Positions 13,376-27,817 of a stretch of 64,000 bases of DNA are shown piece after piece. Under the pieces are notes generated by a model. It was given only the letters and a program-made list of their open reading frames with translations, had not been told where the DNA came from and searched no databases. Every line of letters starts with the position of its first letter. Position 1 is the first letter of the stretch. The stretch lies in NCBI RefSeq assembly GCF_009914755.1, contig NC_060927.1, one strand, 5' to 3'. This stretch comes from the human T2T-CHM13v2.0 reference genome, Homo sapiens. The translations under genes were made by a program, and so were the position numbers.

Positions 13376-14213
13376 CTTTTTAAAAGTTAAGCATGTTGTT
13401 CTTCCATGAGTAGATCCTTGAATTCTTTCAGTAGGCTAATTTTTAAGACAATGCCCTCTTACATATGTATTGCTCCAGGGATGCTTCACATGCCCGTGTT
13501 TTGCATAAAATAAGGCAGAGAGTCTTTGAATCTGATGCACAGTTGATTGACAACTTGTAATACTGGAAGGTCAGCACTAATTACTGAGCCTCATTTGCAT
13601 GCGAAATTTTGAAAGATGGAAACTAAAGTGTCTGTGGCATTTTCTGCCAATAAATTACCTGCCTGACAGGAAGGCGTCACTGCTCATCAACGCTGGTAGT
13701 GTGTAAGCTGGTACTTGTTCAGTTAAGGAGAAGAGAAATAGTGCCTCAGAGAGTTATCTTCCTGGGAATAATTACTATAGGTGTCAACAGGCTGGAAAAA
13801 GAAGGGAGCCCTTTGCTAGTCTGTGAGTTAAGTTTGTGAATGATGAAAGGTCTGATTGTAATGATCATCAAAATCTCTATCCCACATCTAGGTTTGCTCA
13901 TTTGTCACTGATTATAAGAGCATGAGAAAGAGCTCAGGAAATAGACAGTAATTAGGTGGTTAAGAACAAAATCTCTTTACTTACTCCATGGATTCCTGAG
14001 ACACTTCTAAGATGAGGTTACTGCTCTGAAAGGTAATGTTTTGGGGTAGACTGCAAGAGCCAACAAAAAGGATGAAGTCTGCATTTTCTGGGGCCAGAAT
14101 ATTTGGAGCACCTGAGGCTTTGGTTTGTGTCTCCATAGAGGTTTGCTAACTTCCTTTACAAATTTAGAACTGTTCTAAGTCAATGTCTTTCCTCTTTGCT
14201 CTACTGCTTACAG

Positions 14214-14349
14214 GTTCTGGTGCTGGCTAGAAGCATCCTTTGATTTTCATAAACTTTTCTTTGTAGCCATCAAATAGCAGTTTGGAGCCCCCTCTTGGAG
14301 ACGGAACATATTTGAATATTTGCTAGGAGACAACTGAAGCCTAGGGATG
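14214..14349 (+). other. Candidate non-coding exon (136 nt)
   Basis: Acceptor ctttcctctttgctctactgcttacAG; consensus donor ATG|GTAAGT; stops in all frames. Confidence 0.3.
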
Positions 14350-14930
14350 GTAAGTAGAGGCCTTTCATCTGGTTTACATAGCTCAGAGTTCACTACCATC
14401 ATCAACACTGATCACTTCAGAGTTCTGTAGCTCTGTTCTGTGTTAACCCTCTCAGACCCCTATGGCCTCTGAGAGACCTGACCCCTACTTTGAGACACAC
14501 TGAACTGGAAATAATAACTCCCATATGGGAGAAGAATACTCCAGCCCCAAGAGCTTATCAAGCTTTGTTTTTTCTATGACTACTAAGAAAAGGAGTGTGT
14601 ATTGGAAGCAATTCTCTCAGCTTATAGCTATTTTGATAGGGGTTCTATATTTAATAAAGGTTAAATCCATTGAAACTGTGAGTCAAAGGCACTTTTCATG
14701 TCCAACAATTTCACCTACTTTAGAAGCCTGCCTCTTCCCACTCTCCCCATGCTTGCTCAAAGCGAAAAATGGGCGGCATTGGTTTTGTTTAGTAGGCAAA
14801 TGGCCCTTCCCCCAAAGAATATGAATAAGTATTTTCAATCTGAACTTGTGCATCACTCTTATAAGTCTCTCTCCTCTACACAAAAGAAATCTCTTTGTAG
14901 TAATTGCAAGACTTAATTAGCCAGTGTTCA

Positions 14931-14949
14931 AACAAAGGCATCCTTTGTT
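14931..14949. promoter_or_regulatory. Palindromic SOXE-type dimer motif
   Basis: AACAAAGG-cat-CCTTTGTT perfect inverted pair. Confidence 0.4.
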
Positions 14950-16545
14950 CACCTATCAACAGCCTGCTTTCATCGATAGTTCCCTGACTCTCTGAAGACT
15001 ACTCTTTTTCTAAGTTTTGCAGACTTGTATTTTCAGCTTTGGGGTCCTTTGATATAAGTGCTCGCTTTCCTCTCCCCGGTGTCTTTTCTTGGCCTCATCC
15101 CCACTGTAGAAAACTCCTTCATGGTTGGTGGTGATCTGATCACCTTTCCAGTCTGCTAATTCCTAGTCTTCAGTAGTGGTACAGAAGCAGATTTTTGAAA
15201 CAGCAGCAATGCTGGGGGAATAACGGGCCACTGAAAGAGTTGAATTTCATTTAGTTCCATTTTTTTTTTTCCTTCTTCAAGTCAGAGCTAGAGCAATAGC
15301 AGGGAAGGGTGAGGAATTATGAGCACCTGAAAAATACTAGAAAGATAAGCCAGTGAATGCACTGTAAAAATGTAAGCTCTGTCTCCTTTAAGAACAAAAG
15401 GAAAAAAAGGACATCATATATAATTCCACAGGTTTAAAAAAAAGTTTAAATCACTTATTAGCTAATTTATGGCTATCACATTCTGAGCATTACCAGATAT
15501 TACTCTCATTGAAGTTGCCTTCTTTCTCTCCTCTGCTTATGTAAATCCTACTCAAACATTTCATGACACTTTTTATGTTGACATTTAAAAGGCTTATGTC
15601 CTAGAGATTGCTGTTTTCTTTCCTAGGTAATAATCTTAAAATTTACATACCTTTTGGAGCCTGACATCTGTAGACTCAAATCTATAATGTTTCTGCCACT
15701 AACTTAAAAAAAAAACAACTCAGAGTCTCAGTTGTTAGTGCAGAGGAAGTTCTCACTGCCCTTAAGTAATCCCTTCAGAAAATGTACCTATTATCATGAT
15801 TATTCCTACCTCATGGTAAGTGATGCTTGTAATTTATATCCTTAAAGCTCAATATCTATGGCATTCATAAGCGTAGATCTCCATATCAAATAGAAGGTTT
15901 TCAAAATCATTTATTGTTTCTATAGAGCTCTCTATTAAATCCGTTAAGCAGAAATATTAATTTACATTACCACGACATTTGAATTTGAAAGATAATTCAT
16001 GGCTTACAAAAAGATGTTTTAAAATAATAAACACATTCTTACAATAAATTTGCACTCAGTCATCTTGAGTTGTCATCAGACACTACTGCAACTAATCAGG
16101 ATGTTCTTCACCTGTTTCAGGAGAGAATTTACTAACTCTTCCAAAGTTTACCAATGCAATACCAGTTCTGACAATTTCACAGATGTTAGATTCCAAGTAT
16201 CGAATACAAAACAAAACGAACTTGTGTTTTAGCTTTTCCAATGAAATTTTTATGATTCCCAGAAGACGTTTGTTTAATTTCACTACACTATCTCATCAAT
16301 TATTTGTGTGCTACATGCCCTATCACAGTTACAACTCTACTTCTCCCTAACACGACTTCAAGAACACAGTGTACATCTCTCGTTTATCATGAATTTGCCT
16401 GCTCTGACCACTTTTCTGAAAGAAGTATCTTTTTTCCAGTTCAGAAAAAAGCCACTTCCTTGATCTTCAGATATTTCTGCACAAAAAGATTTTGTTTACT
16501 GATGAACTTATTTGTATAAGCAACTGGCCTCATTTAGCAGTCATG

Positions 16546-16580
16546 ATGTCAAATCAACTCAGTGTAAAATAGCAAACTGT
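16546..16580 (+). repeat. Left arm of a 35-bp long-range inverted repeat
   Basis: atgtcaaatcaactcagt(gtaaaatagcaaactgt) is the reverse complement of 17575-17609; 18 bp exact, 30/35 overall. Confidence 0.85.
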
Positions 16581-17574
16581 GTCCGCCCATCTATACTTGA
16601 TTTCTTCTTTTACTATCTGCCCTATGATATCAACTGTACTCTATTAAGTTAGAGTACATACTCTTCTAGTTTATTGCAGACCTTATTTAATTAACATTTA
16701 AAGAAAACAGGTATAAATCATATTTTACTTTTCTTATCATAAAAATGATAATCTCTGGAAGAAATAAATACCCTCAAACAATAGTAAGCAGATTACTAAC
16801 AACATTCTGTATTTATTTCAAGGCAGCTTTCTATCAAGGTTAAATTCAGTTTTTAAACAAACTCATTAGTGATGATTTGCTCTACATTTAAACCTCCTTA
16901 AATTCTCAACTTGGTTAATATTTTCTCAAGTATTATCAATAATAAACCATTTTGGATATCAACCGTAGAAGGAGAAAAACAAGCCACGTGTTATGAAAAG
17001 GACACAGCAGTATTCTTGATCTTGAAAGACCTTCAGTACAATGCAATAGTTCAGTCATAAATCCATTAGAATATAACAATAAATATAAGGAAACTTATAA
17101 TACATGCAAAAGGAATAATAACAAGGTGAGAACATTGAGGATTGGGGTGGTCAGGGAAAAATTACGTTTTGTTAAGTCATATAATAAGCAGACTCTAAAC
17201 AATTGTGAAAAATTATCGTGAAGGAAGAAGAAACAGTGAGTTTCATTACACACTATACATAAGTGATTTTAGGCATTTTAAGAGTACAGATTTAAAGTCT
17301 ACTTTTCTAGTTTACCAAGTTTGGTTTAAGTAGTCATTTATATTAAAAAGTTAATCCTTAATAAAATTATATGAACATTTAATTAACTGAATTGGATTTA
17401 AAAACTCTTTTTAGCATATACTCTTCCATTGGTTGAGATACAGTAATACGCTTAAATTAAAAGTCTATTTTCCTTTCTATCTTGTAATGGTTTGCAAACT
17501 TTTTTAAATCTGAAAGTCCTATTACTCTATTTTAAGTATGAATAAGATTCAAAAGAACTTTCCTTTCAGTTGTT

Positions 17575-17609
17575 ACAGTATGCTGTTCCAGACTGAGTTG
17601 ATTTGACAT
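17575..17609 (-). repeat. Right arm of the 35-bp long-range inverted repeat
   Basis: (acagtatgctgttccag)actgagttgatttgacat. Confidence 0.85.
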
Positions 17610-17894
17610 GCTGAAAATCCATTCATATTACTTTCAAATTCATTTAAGACATTAAGACAAACAAATCTGCATTTTTACTTCATTAAGTAATTTACAGAAA
17701 ATGATGGATTTTAATGCTATTTTGGAAACTGAAACATTCAACTAGAACAAAAACTTCTTTGATTCTATTTGATTAGAGATAACAAGGAAAATAAAACGAC
17801 GTGAAGAGCAGAAATGCTGCAAAAAGACATATTTATCAGCTTGGCGCTATCATCTGTCTCTTAATTTTGTCGCATAAAAATCATTAACGTTACT

Positions 17895-18230
17895 GGCCAG
17901 GCATGGCGGTGGCTCACACCTGTAATCCCAGCACTTTGAGAGGCGGAGGCGGGCAGATCACTTGAGGTCAGGAGTTCGAGACCAGCCTGGCCAACATGGT
18001 GAAAACCCGTGTCTCCTGAAATACAAAAATTAGCCAGGATGGTGGTGCATGCCTCTAGTCCCAGCTACTTGGGAGGCTGAGGCAGGAGAATCGCTTGAAC
18101 CATGGGGTGGTGGAAGTTGCAGTGAGCCAAGATTGCACCACTGCACTCCAGCTAGGGTGACAGAGTAAGACTCTGTCTCAAAAAATATATATAAATAAAT
18201 GAAATAAAAATAAACAAATAAATAAAATAA
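17895..18230 (+). mobile_element. AluS
   Basis: Full dimer with A-rich tail. Confidence 0.95.
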
Positions 18231-18692
18231 GACCGTCAATGTTATTACTTAAATCTGCGCACATTGAATGAAAAATAATGGAATTTGAAAAACAGTCATT
18301 TTACTGTGCGTTTTAACTGCCTTGATTTCCCACCTCCCTGTTTCCCCCCTTCATATTCTATTAAAAAAGCACTCCATCTATTGATAACTACATACAACTT
18401 CTAATTTTAGTTCTATTTTTTCAAACTTTAGCGTATAAAGCTTTACTGGGTGCACCATTTACTTCTCCCAACTTCTTGGGACTCAGGATCTTTGGTCTTT
18501 CCTCCCATCTTTATCAAAACTTGCTCCGAATAAATCTGGTTTTATAGTGACTTTTAGTATCCTTTCACTAGGGGACTATTTAACCTAAATTAATAATTTT
18601 CAAGCATAAGTTACATGGGAAAAAGGTCAGTTTTTGGTTGCAGGAACATCCTAACACCCATTAAAAACTCTCTGTGTAAGCAGTTACTTACT

Positions 18693-19002
<310 letters not shown>

Positions 19003-22000
19003 ACAGTTACTTACTTTACGTAAGGCAAGAGATTAGGAGTGAATTTAAGCTTCCTATACAACAAAATGTAAATATTGCATAGTATAGCACCTGAGAAAAG
19101 ACTAATATAAAACTAAGGCAAAGAGGATAGACACAAAAATTCATCCTAAAATATGTATAGAGACACTTTCACTTATTAAATTAATAACCAAATATTAATT
19201 ATAGATATTCCTGAGAAATAAAATATTTTATTAAAAATAAACAGAAACAAAGATACCATTCCATGGTTACATGTTCGGATAAGACAGAAAAAAGACTAAA
19301 ATGATGCAGAATTAGTAAATCTAGTACTGAAGTTTCCAATAAGATGGGCTGGTGACTGTCTATAATTGAATAATAATACTCTAAGTACATGTTTAAAGTT
19401 AATTATTTTTCATATTTTACCACTTTTCACAAAAATCTTTTGAGTTAGATAGTGAAAATGCTATGCTTTCCATTTTACTACAAATTTAGAGCTTTTCAAG
19501 GCATTAAGAAGATGTGAGAGAGAAACAGTATGGATTTGAATGAGATTTAGTCTTAATCACACATATTTAGCAAAGTTTTTCAACTTGGAAGAAATAGAAA
19601 GCGGCCTTATCCAAAACCTTTCATGATATCTGTGCTGTGCTGTACACAATCGGCTGTTGATTCTCACAATAGCCTGTCTATGAAACTTGTGTGGTCTATC
19701 TTAGGAAGCCAAAAGAGTGAGATAATGACAATAGCACTTATTATAAAAGCCACATTTTTGATCATCCTATTTGTGGTTTAAATTTCCCTTTATTAAGAAA
19801 AACTGGCTGATGTAAAATCACTTGCTAGACAGTACAGACTCAGCTTCCCTCTCCTCCAATTTTCCACAGAACCACTGGCCACCACACACATTGCTGTCAA
19901 ATTGTTCTGTTTCTTGTCAGCTGCACACTGGGCAGAATAGGGGGCTGGTTATGCACTAATTAGGAGGGTGGACTTATTTAAAAGTTTCATTCTAAGAAAT
20001 ATAGCTGCCAAATATTAGCTTATCGGAAAGTTTTTTGAGGAGAAAAGGCAGGGATAGAAGAACTACAAAATAAAATTTTCATTTATTTGGGCCAGGATAT
20101 GGAAAGAAATTTGTCTTGAGAATGGCACCAATATTAAAGGAAATTCTTCTCTGAAACTAGAAAAAGCTGCAGTATTGTCCACTTGAAACTGATGACTTTA
20201 GAAAAAAAAATGCAAAACATTCTCATGTGAATTTGACTAAATTGCTGTTTTTTTCTGAAATAATTATAGACTAATAAAGGTGCTAAATTTATAGGAAAGA
20301 CATTAATGTAGCTTGACAGAAATAACAGTGTAAACCTGTAGTATATTGAAAGTTCCCACAACAAATTTATCTGTTAACGTTGTTAATTATGTATGGAGAG
20401 TGCCATAAATTGAAGTTTTTCCCGATTTGAAAAAATTGACTTGTGCTAAATTCTCCTTAACATGTAATTAAGACATATGCCAAGGGTTATTTTAACATAT
20501 CATATTTATGATTAAAGAATAGTATGAAAGTAAAAAAATTGACTAAGAGAGTATATAAATGACTAAAAGATTATATAAATAATCTATCTCTGTATGTACA
20601 TATATGAACTCTAAGTGCATATGAATAAATACAAAATACAAGAGAAAGATTATTTGCATACACATTAAGAACAGTCATCCTCTGATAATGAAACAGGTGA
20701 TTTGCTTAACTGTATTTTATATGATTCTCCGCTGGGAACAATTTACTTATTAATGACTACAATATAATGTTTTAATCTTTTGTTTTTGAATATTGAGGGA
20801 TTTTAAAGCACCGAGCAAACTAAACTGAGTACTAAATAATTTATAATGGTACTACAGTAACAAGAAAAGAGGCTTATGAGTTCATATTTGAGCATAAATT
20901 TTACAATTTTAAAATGAAACATGATCGTGACAGAAAAAACAAAAGCACTTCTTTCCTGCCTAATAGTAGATTAGAAGCACTAAAAGGATTTAGGGTGGCA
21001 AGAAACATCTAATGTTTGAAATGATATTTAGTAGCCAAGATGCAAATATCAAAATGAACTTCAGTGAAAAATACCCTACATTTTAAAGATACTTGTCACA
21101 ATGGGCCATTTAGTAACACAAATGACAACTTTTAGAAATAAATTAACTAATACATTTTACTGAAAGTATACAATAATTCTCCATATAGCTGTTCTTTGTG
21201 TTAATCTTGGATAAAACCTGAGGATGTAGAGTAATTCAATGAAGTGGGGTATGTACACTTTTTAGTTCTGAATAGCTGAGTAACTGAATTGTGCATAAAA
21301 CTGACTAAGAATCAAAAGCCATGACACATCAACTAAACTATGGAAATTAGCAATCTTATTCTTGATAATATATTAAAAAAGAGGAATCAAAATATGACAA
21401 TAATTAACAGTGGCATTGTTGTGACTACAAGCTATTGAGTTATTGTACAAGATAGAATTAAACCTGTGGTTCATTAGGAAAGGAGTTAGCATAATGGTTT
21501 TATTGAAATCGTTGTAATGAAAGACAATTTCACACACAGAAAATATAGTTTGAGTTCATGCAGATGTTCATGTATTTAAAAATTAAATTAAATTTATAGG
21601 TCAACCTGCTGTTGATTCTGTGCATGATTTTTTCTTAATTTCAATATACGAAAAATTTAAATTTAAAACAATATAAAAGTAAGGAAATGTGGGGAAAAAG
21701 ACTCATGATCATACCACACAAACTGTATTCATATTTTAACGTTTTAACTAATGCAAATGTAAATTAAGTGTAAATTTTGATATAAATGTAAAGCAACATT
21801 CAAAATTTAATAAGCATTTTTTATTACTTATATATAGGTTATGATGAGATACTTAAGATTGAAATATTACAAAAGTAAATTTTAAGCTAAATTAAACAGC
21901 TTAAAACCAGCTGAAATGCATAACTTGGCTGAAGTTGCATGACACTGGCTCCAGGGGCTCATCAAGGCTCTATCTATTCTCTCTATCATTTGGCTTTACC

Positions 22001-22246
22001 TCCTTCTCTGTTGCAGTTTGCTTAATTCAGCTATGAGGAAAACTCCATAATTAACCACCAATGCCCTGAGCCCCACATCCTTCCATCTAAGAAACCCCAG
22101 TGGAAAGAGAACTTCTCTATTCAAAGCACACTCAATAAATCAGGAAAGAACTTGCATGGTTCTTGCTTAAGTTAGATGGTTATTGTATCTAATGAACTGG
22201 ACTAATAAGTACTGATCAATCCTGGGTCATGTGCCACAATTGCTGA

Positions 22247-22558
<312 letters not shown>

Positions 22559-23154
22559 CAATATTTCTAAAAGAATTACAATGAACACAGAATATGTAGA
22601 TAGGTGGAAAGAGAGAACAACTACAGTTGTACAAAGAATCCAAAATAAGTTGTTTCTGATTATTTATTTTTGTTTGCTTACTCTCTTTATATTAGCTTAT
22701 ATTTGGAGATGTTCAAATTTTAGGCTTTTATAGAAAGAGCTAGTGAGGTTTTGTATTCATTTAGTTTACTATTTTTTTTTCTATACTGAAGAACAATTAA
22801 TACTGAAGATCTGCTTTTTAAAGCTGGAGACAAATTATTAGTAAAACTTCCTGAGCCCAAGATAATACCCAATAGATCTTCTCTGATTGTTTCTTGTTTT
22901 TCATTATTCTTTTTAAATTTTGTTAATCCAATTCTCAAACATTTTGCTTGACATAGAAATCATTAATTTTGCTAGTATTATTAAATTGAATAATTATGTA
23001 TATTATTTATATGTATTTATTTTATTCTCTTTCATTATATCACCTTTCACAAATATATGTGTTTAATTTTATTTCTTGGTTTGTTTTGCCTATGATTGAT
23101 CTATCTGTGGGGTTTCTGTGAATATGCATTTGTAATCTAGCTTTCAGATTTCTT

Positions 23155-23763
<609 letters not shown>

Positions 23764-23959
23764 AGATTTCAGGTTTCTTAATAAATTATTCTGTCTATAT
23801 ATTTTTTAATGCATATTTTGCATTTAAATCTACAATTTTTCTATAATTGCTATCTTTATGTTTTTCTTTTCATAAAATATTTAATCAAATAATTATCTCA
23901 CATAATTTATCTCTCTTCTTGTCTTCTATTCCATGTTTCTCTTCTCCTTGCCTTTATTT

Positions 23960-26000
23960 ATTTATTGGGATTTTCTGTATAGATCATAAGGTACTCTTTG
24001 AATAGAGATTATCTTAATTCATTCTTTCCAAGTCAAATGACTTTTATTTATTTTTTTCCTGCCTTATGCACAGAAAAAGATATTAGGTGTGATGCTGAAC
24101 AGAAATAATGATAGTGACATCATGCCTTGTTCTTGATATTAAAGAGAAGTACTTACTATTTCAGTGTTTGCTGCAGGCATTCATCAATATATAAAAGCTT
24201 TCTGTTCCTGGTTTGCTGAGATATTTCATCACTTGTAGTTGTTGAATTTTGCCAAATGCTTTTTCTCCATCTATTGAGATGATTACTTTTTTTTTCCTCC
24301 TGTTGATATGGTGAATTAGTTTGATTGAAGTATGAAAGTTGTACTAGATTTTCATTTCTGGGATAAATTCCTCTTGTTTCTGATGTATTAACCTTTTGAT
24401 ATATTGCTAGATTCTATTTACTGATATTTTTAATGGAGGAGTTTTGCATCTATATTCATGAGGGATTATGTTTCATAGTTTGTTTTATTGCAGTGCCTTT
24501 GCTTTTATTATCAGATTATGCTAGCTTCATGACAAAAATGAGCTGGAAAGTGTTTCCTCTTCTATTTTCTAGAAGAGTTTTTTTTCAGAAATGATATTTT
24601 TTTCTTGCTTAAATGTGTGATAAAATTTACCTGTAGAGCTATTTGATCCTGAAAATTTCTCTGTGATATTTTTCAACTAAATATTAATTTATAAAGAGTT
24701 ATGGGGCCATTCAAGTCATTGCTTCATGGGTGAACTTTGGTTGTCTTTCAAGGATTTGTCCATTTCACTGAAGTTGCTGAACTTAAGAGCATAAAGTTGT
24801 TTATGATATCCTTTTTTATAGTTCAATTTTCTTAGGGCTTTTATGGATATCTCTTCTTTCTTTGCTGCTGCTGCTAATTTGCTTCTTGTCTTTTTTTTTC
24901 CCCTTGAGCTGCTAGGCTACAGTTTTATCAATTTTATTGATACTTTCAAAGACTTGAAGTGGGAGCAGACTATGCCACTCTAAAATGTGCCACTTTGGTA
25001 TAAGGATTATTTTGAGCTAAAAGCACTTCAAAAACAGCAAATGTAAGCAGGCATTCATCTCTCACGTTTCTTCCTGAAAACAGAAGATAAAAACTCCCAT
25101 GTTAAAGATGTCCTTCCTGTACCAGGAGAAAAGAAACATTCTTCGGTGGGGAATCATAGCCAAGAGAATTCTGAACAATGAGACCTTGTTAAAACAATTA
25201 GTATCTTCTTTTAACCTCCCCTATAGTTTAGTTACTTTTCAAAAACTGCCTCTCTTTGTTCAACTTAGAATAAAGGTATTTATGTTTCACCAGTTTTTTG
25301 TGTCTTTATTTCCTTATAGTGGCTCCTGTGTCACATAAATTTTATATAAATTTGTATGCTTTTCGTATGTTAATCTGTCTTATGCCAAATTATCAGGCCC
25401 AGCCAGATACCCTAAGAAGTAAAAGTTTTTGCACCTACAGAACCATCTTTTTGTTTCTTTTTTTATTGTATATTTTAATTTTACTTATTTTCTTATGATA
25501 CTTATTCTCCCTGCTTTCTTTGAATTTAATTTATTCTTCTCTTTATTTCCAAAAAAAGATTTAGATTACTGATTTGAGACTATTTTTCTCTTCTAATATT
25601 AGTGTTAATGCTATAAATTTTCCCCTAAGTATTTTTAGCAGAATATCACAATGTTGAGATCCAGTATTTTTATTTCCATTCAATACAAAATATCTTACCA
25701 TTTTTCTTTTACTTCTTTAACCCATGAGGCATTTAGGAGTGTGCTGTTTAATTTACAAACATTTGAGGAGTTTTCAGATATCTCAGTTAGTAATTTCTAA
25801 AATAATTGCACTTTAGTTAAAGTCTAATCTTATTTGATTTACATTTATTTAATTTGCTCAGATTTAGTTTTTGGGGGGCCCAGAATATGACTTAACATTG
25901 TGAATATCCCATATCCATAATGTGTATTATTTTTAAGTACATTTAAAATGTTCACAGTGGTATTCTAGGCTCCATATTCTTGGCTGATAGTTTTAGACTT
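23960..26000 (-). mobile_element. Old LINE-1 (L1M) ORF2, interrupted by an LTR
   Basis: 'gttgaattttgccaaatgctttttctccatctattgagatgat'; 'ttcaaaga...gaaccatctttt' is contiguous across the LTR. Confidence 0.8.
24955..25439 (+). mobile_element. ERV1 solo LTR (MER34/MER39-like)
   Basis: TG...CA; 'tatgccactctaaaatgtgccactttggtataaggattattttgagct'. Confidence 0.7.
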
Positions 26001-26091
26001 AGGTCAATGTTATTCAAAGTTTATCAGGATTTGGGTTTTGCTGTTGCTATAGTTACCTGCAATTTGCCATTGGCTTCAAATTCCTTTAGAT

Positions 26092-26390
26092 TTTTTCTTT
26101 TATTTTTTTGACAGGGTCTTGTTCCATTGCTCAGGCTGGAGTGCAGTGATGCCATCACTGCTCACTGATGTCTCAACCTCCAGGGCTCAAGTGATCATCA
26201 CGCCTCATGCTCCCAAGTAGCTGGGACTACAGGCACATGCCATGAAACCTGGCTAATTTTGTTTACTTTTTGTAGAGATGAGGTCTTGTCATGATGCCCA
26301 GGGTAGTCTCGAACTCCTGGCCTCAAGTAATCCTCCAACCTCACCCTCCCAAAGTGCTGTGATTACAGGTGTGAGCCATTGCACCCATCC
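26092..26390 (-). mobile_element. AluJ
   Basis: 'gacagggtcttg...gggctcaagtgatc...tttgtagagatgaggtcttg'. Confidence 0.92.
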
Positions 26391-26399
26391 TAGAATTTC

Positions 26400-26858
26400 T
26401 TATATGTGCATATTTGGCCACAAAGTTTTCTTCTAAGTCTTCTTCACTCTCAGGTTCAGGATTTCCCTTTATGTGTATGTCTCATAAAGCGTTTGTTTGC
26501 GTTCTTGTCTTTTCATAAGAAATAGACTGCTGTTGCTTGATACTTGGTACTTGCTATCCTCTATTGAGAGACAGGGGGTTTCTTCTGCTGTCCTAGTTTA
26601 GTCTCAATGGTTGGCAAACCCTGTATTCCTGGGTCTCAGGGATTGAGACTATTCTCATTCTGGGGCTGAAGGTCACTTCTAAATGGTCCTATTTCTCCTC
26701 AAGTCTTTGGAATTGTCTAAAGAGATTACCTCAAAATTTTGAATCTGATGGGTTCAGAAACAGTAATCATTTTACAGATTATAATGATTTCTCCTTTTGT
26801 GAGAGTGGGAGTTACATTTTTTCCAGCTTCCTATACCCTAAGCAGAAGCCAGAAGTCT
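26400..26858 (-). mobile_element. Old L1 5'UTR remnant
   Basis: Minus strand begins 'gacttctggcttctgcttagggtataggaagctgg', an L1M 5'-end-like sequence. Confidence 0.45.
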
Positions 26859-27289
26859 ATCCCTTTCTTTTAAATAATAAATAATACTTCCATGTATTTT
26901 CCTTTGAGTACATATTTGACCTTTTATCATCAGTTTTTATATTTTAAAATTTGTGGTCCATAGTAATTTTTAAAATTTAATGTCTGTATTAACAGTTCAG
27001 AGCTTATATTATTTTTCCTTGTTTGTATTTCTGACACTGTGTTGGTTAATACTGTGTCAACTTGATTGGATTGAAGGATGCTAAGGATTGATCCTGGGCA
27101 TTGCTAAAGGAGATTAACATTTGAGTCAGTGGGCTGGGAAAGGCAGACCCACCCATAATCTGGGTGGGCACCATCTAATCACCTGCCAGCACAGCTAGAA
27201 TATAAATCAGGCAGAAAAGCATGAAAAGACTAGACTGTGCTAGCCTCCCAGACTACATCTTTCTCCCATGCTGGGTGCTTCTTGACTGA

Positions 27290-27645
<356 letters not shown>

Positions 27646-27754
27646 AAGTTATTCAGTTTTGGAACTCAGACTTGGCTTTCCTTGCTCCTCAGCTTGCAGA
27701 CAGCCTATTGCGGGACCTTGTGATCATGTGAGTTAATCCTTAATAAACTCCCCT

Positions 27755-27775
27755 TTATATATATATATATTCTCT

Positions 27776-27817
<42 letters not shown>

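Noticed and set aside
15058-15067. GTGCTCGCTT, identical to the U6 snRNA 5' end
   Set aside because: The match stops after 10 nt; chance
16092-16283. 63-aa minus-strand ORF next to the inverted repeat, as a possible transposase or pseudogene
   Set aside because: No recognisable motif, non-ATG start, upstream frames closed, and it lies outside the repeat arms
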